Shown in pieces: positions 61,457 to 64,000 of a stretch of DNA of 64,000 nucleotides. Every line of letters starts with the position of its first letter. Position 1 is the first letter of the stretch. Source of the DNA: Candidatus Poribacteria bacterium. Its GTDB lineage: Bacteria; Poribacteria; WGA-4E; WGA-3G. Below the pieces are notes generated by a model that saw only the letters and a program-made list of their open reading frames with translations, had not been told where the DNA came from and made no database searches. The DNA is taken from assembly GCA_965242965.1 (NCBI GenBank), contig OZ251518.1, positions 5,280,001-5,344,000 on the forward strand, given 5' to 3'. The position numbers were made by a program, and so were the translations under genes.

Positions 61457-62764
61457 ATGTTGACGCATATCCGCGTGGAAAACTTCAAATCGTGGAGAGA
61501 CAGCGGCGAGGTGGTTCTTGCGCCGCTGACAGGCTTTTTCGGTACGAATAGTTCGGGGAAAAGCAGTCTGTTGCAGATGCTGTTGTTGCTGAAGCAGACG
61601 GCTGAGCGTTCAAACGCAGAGGAAGTTATCTTCTTCGGTGATGATACTTCAGCAGTCAATCTTGGCGATTTCAATGCAGTGGCTCACGGACATAAAAATA
61701 ATGAGATCCTCAGGTTAGAATTTGGGGGAGAGCTCAGTTGTCCGATCGGCACTCCGATAGATAACGGTCCTGTGAGAAAAATAGATGGGTTCACATTTGC
61801 AACATTTATTACCCAAGGACTAGAAGGGCTCAGCGTTGACAAACTTCGCTACCGTAGTCTTGAGCGTAATACGCCTGATGGCCGCGTAGATGTATCTTGG
61901 AAGCACCCTGATTTCTTTCACGTGACCGGCCAAGACAGGAGAAAAAAGGTAAAGATAAAAAATAGCTATGGTGTGTCGCCCGATGAGGACAGGACTCTGG
62001 ATGGGTTCACCACCGCCTTTGAAGTTTTGTTTTCTCACCTCTATTACCTCGGTCCCACTCGGGTAGAACCACAACGGCATTACCATTGGGAGGGCGAGCA
62101 GCCTGAGGGCATTGGGCAGTGGGGCCAAAATGCAATTGACGCGCTTCTTTCCGCGCGCATCGATCGGCTCACAACACCGAGCCAAAACGGCGATGTCCCA
62201 ATTGAGGAGCGGATATCAGCATGGCTCCGAAAAATGGATCTCGCGCATGCCTTTTCGTTAAAGCGAACGGGCCTGTGGGATGAAAAGAACTATGCCTTTC
62301 GTATCCAACAAAGTCCGGCGAGTCCGGCGGTGACGCTGGTTGACACGGGCTATGGCTTATCGCAATTTCTCCCGGTGCTCGTCCTCTGTTACTATGCACC
62401 GGAAGGCTCAACGCTCATTCTGGAGCAGCCGGGCATGCACCTGCATCCGAAGGTGCAATCGCAATTGGCGGATTTGCTAATAGAGGTTGTCACGGAACGA
62501 AACCTCCAAGTTTTGGTGGAGAGCCACAGCGAACATCTGCTGACTCGGTTACAACTTCGCATCGCAGAAGAAAAGATTGGCGCGGACAAGGCTGCTCTCT
62601 ATTTCTGTGAAAATAAGGATGGAGTTTCCGAAATGAAATCGTTGGAACTTGACGAGTTCGGAAACATCAAAAACTGGCCCCCAGACTTCTTTGGCACTGT
62701 CAGAGGAGACCTGGTTAAAATGACGAAGGCCCAGATGAAACGTCAGAAGCGAACGGAGGGATAA
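61457..62764 (+). CDS. ABC/AAA_15-type ATPase with DUF3696-like C-terminus, copy 3
   Basis: Same motifs as copy 1; divergent central region. Confidence 0.88.
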   Translation: MLTHIRVENFKSWRDSGEVVLAPLTGFFGTNSSGKSSLLQMLLLLKQTAERSNAEEVIFFGDDTSAVNLGDFNAVAHGHKNNEILRLEFGGELSCPIGTPIDNGPVRKIDGFTFATFITQGLEGLSVDKLRYRSLERNTPDGRVDVSWKHPDFFHVTGQDRRKKVKIKNSYGVSPDEDRTLDGFTTAFEVLFSHLYYLGPTRVEPQRHYHWEGEQPEGIGQWGQNAIDALLSARIDRLTTPSQNGDVPIEERISAWLRKMDLAHAFSLKRTGLWDEKNYAFRIQQSPASPAVTLVDTGYGLSQFLPVLVLCYYAPEGSTLILEQPGMHLHPKVQSQLADLLIEVVTERNLQVLVESHSEHLLTRLQLRIAEEKIGADKAALYFCENKDGVSEMKSLELDEFGNIKNWPPDFFGTVRGDLVKMTKAQMKRQKRTEG

Positions 62765-63306
62765 TGGACGCTGTTGTCGTAGATACTAACGTTATCCTCG
62801 TCGCTAAAGGGATGGCATGTCAGGCATCGCAGGCGTGCGTCCAGACATGCATAGAGCGGCTAGACCGGATTGTTAAGGGGCCGGAGAGAGTCGTCATTGA
62901 TGACAACTGGGAGATCCTCGGCGAATATTCGGATTATGAAGCCGATTCAACGACAGCGGCGCGGACCGGATGGGGATTTTTGGAGTGGTTGATGCGAAAT
63001 CACGAGAATCCGAAACAGTGTGTGAAGGTGCATATCACCCCTTCGGTAGATGGGACCGGATTTGAAGAGTTTCCCACTGACCCGGCATTAAGCGAGTTTG
63101 ACCCGGGGGACAAAAAATTTATCGCTGTCGCTGTCGTTTACGAAAACGAGCATCGTCAAAAAGTGCCAATCTTACAAGCGGTAGACAGCAATTGGTACGG
63201 ATTCCGAGAGGCATTCGCCCGGAATGGATTGATAATTGACTTCATTTGCGCGGAAAACATCCGACTTTTGTATCAAAGGCGCGGTGAAAGACGCGCGAGA
63301 AACTAA
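62764..63306 (+). CDS. PIN-like nuclease, copy 3
   Basis: VVVDTNV, GEY, DPGDKKFIAVA, AVD. Confidence 0.75.
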   Translation: MDAVVVDTNVILVAKGMACQASQACVQTCIERLDRIVKGPERVVIDDNWEILGEYSDYEADSTTAARTGWGFLEWLMRNHENPKQCVKVHITPSVDGTGFEEFPTDPALSEFDPGDKKFIAVAVVYENEHRQKVPILQAVDSNWYGFREAFARNGLIIDFICAENIRLLYQRRGERRARN

Positions 63307-63356
63307 CCGTTTGTGTTGGTTTTGGACTCAATACTTTTGTCTATGGAGAAATTCAC

Positions 63357-64000
63357 ATGCCGAAAGTGAACATAGAAAACCCTGTCATCAACAGCCCGTT
63401 TGACGAACCGCAACGCCACTTCAAATTCGATGAACGCGGCATCACCGAAAACATCGTCAACGGAAGACGCAAAAGCGAATACTTCATTCCGGTGCCGAAA
63501 CCGAGGAAGCAGCCGAAAGAGGTTCAGACGCAACTTGAACTGCACGTGCCCGAACTCCGAGAGGCCAACGCGTTTATCAACCGCGTGCGGGAAGAAGTCA
63601 GCGTCTGGCGCAAAAACGGTTACCCCGGCGTAACGGAAACAACGAGACGCTTGCTTACATACTGGAACGACACCGAACGCGAGCCGAGGCTGTTTTTCTG
63701 TCAACGCGAGGCAGTTGAAACCGCTATCTATATCCACGAAGTGGAAAATCCTCGGCGCGGGGACTCAATACACAAGACGCTGCTGAAAGCGAATGAAGAA
63801 GCGAACCCCGGGCTTTTCCGCATCGCTTTCAAAATGGCGACAGGGAGCGGCAAGACTTTGGTGATGGCGATGCTCATCGTTTATCATACGTTGAACAAAA
63901 TCGCTGCACCGCGCAATCCCCGTTTTTCCGATGCGTTTCTTGTCGTCACACCGGGGCTGACAATCCGCGACCGGCTCCAAGTGCTACGTCCAGAAAACCC
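63357..64000 (+). CDS. res: Type III-like restriction subunit, truncated by the window end
   Basis: MPKVNIENPVINSPFDEP..., LFFCQREAVET, KMATGSGKT; absent from the ORF track because there is no stop in the window. Confidence 0.88.
   Translation, partial: MPKVNIENPVINSPFDEPQRHFKFDERGITENIVNGRRKSEYFIPVPKPRKQPKEVQTQLELHVPELREANAFINRVREEVSVWRKNGYPGVTETTRRLLTYWNDTEREPRLFFCQREAVETAIYIHEVENPRRGDSIHKTLLKANEEANPGLFRIAFKMATGSGKTLVMAMLIVYHTLNKIAAPRNPRFSDAFLVVTPGLTIRDRLQVLRPEN

Noticed and set aside
63303-63980. Minus-strand ORFs at the window end
   Set aside because: Shadows of the plus-strand res gene starting at 63357

Overview
Bacterial chromosomal window of moderately high GC, most likely Candidatus Poribacteria. 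That assignment is an inference from the PhyH dioxygenase, the secreted proteins ending in a V-E-x-x-G-K-x-x-T-T-W tail and the dense GTAG repeats. Housekeeping genes include glyA, folC, a frameshifted membrane pyrophosphatase, ilvD, rfbB, several oxidoreductases, two vWA membrane proteins, a variant ccm cluster and korAB. Four kinds of accessory DNA are interspersed. (1) Two Type III-like restriction-modification loci each carry toxin-type cargo between mod and res: a RelE toxin-antitoxin pair in one, and three tandem ABC-type ATPase + PIN nuclease pairs in the other. (2) An IS607-like tnpB and an ORF-less IS605-type element begin with the same ~90-nt pseudoknotted RNA fold despite different sequences. 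(3) About nine MITE-like elements have GAGGGTGTTTCAT terminal inverted repeats, 8-9 bp target duplications in several copies, and interiors of shuffled GTAG-REP palindromes. (4) A membrane protein gene has a separately duplicated C-terminal mini-ORF. No rRNA, tRNA or CRISPR array was seen. All calls come from reading the sequence by eye; no database searches were run.
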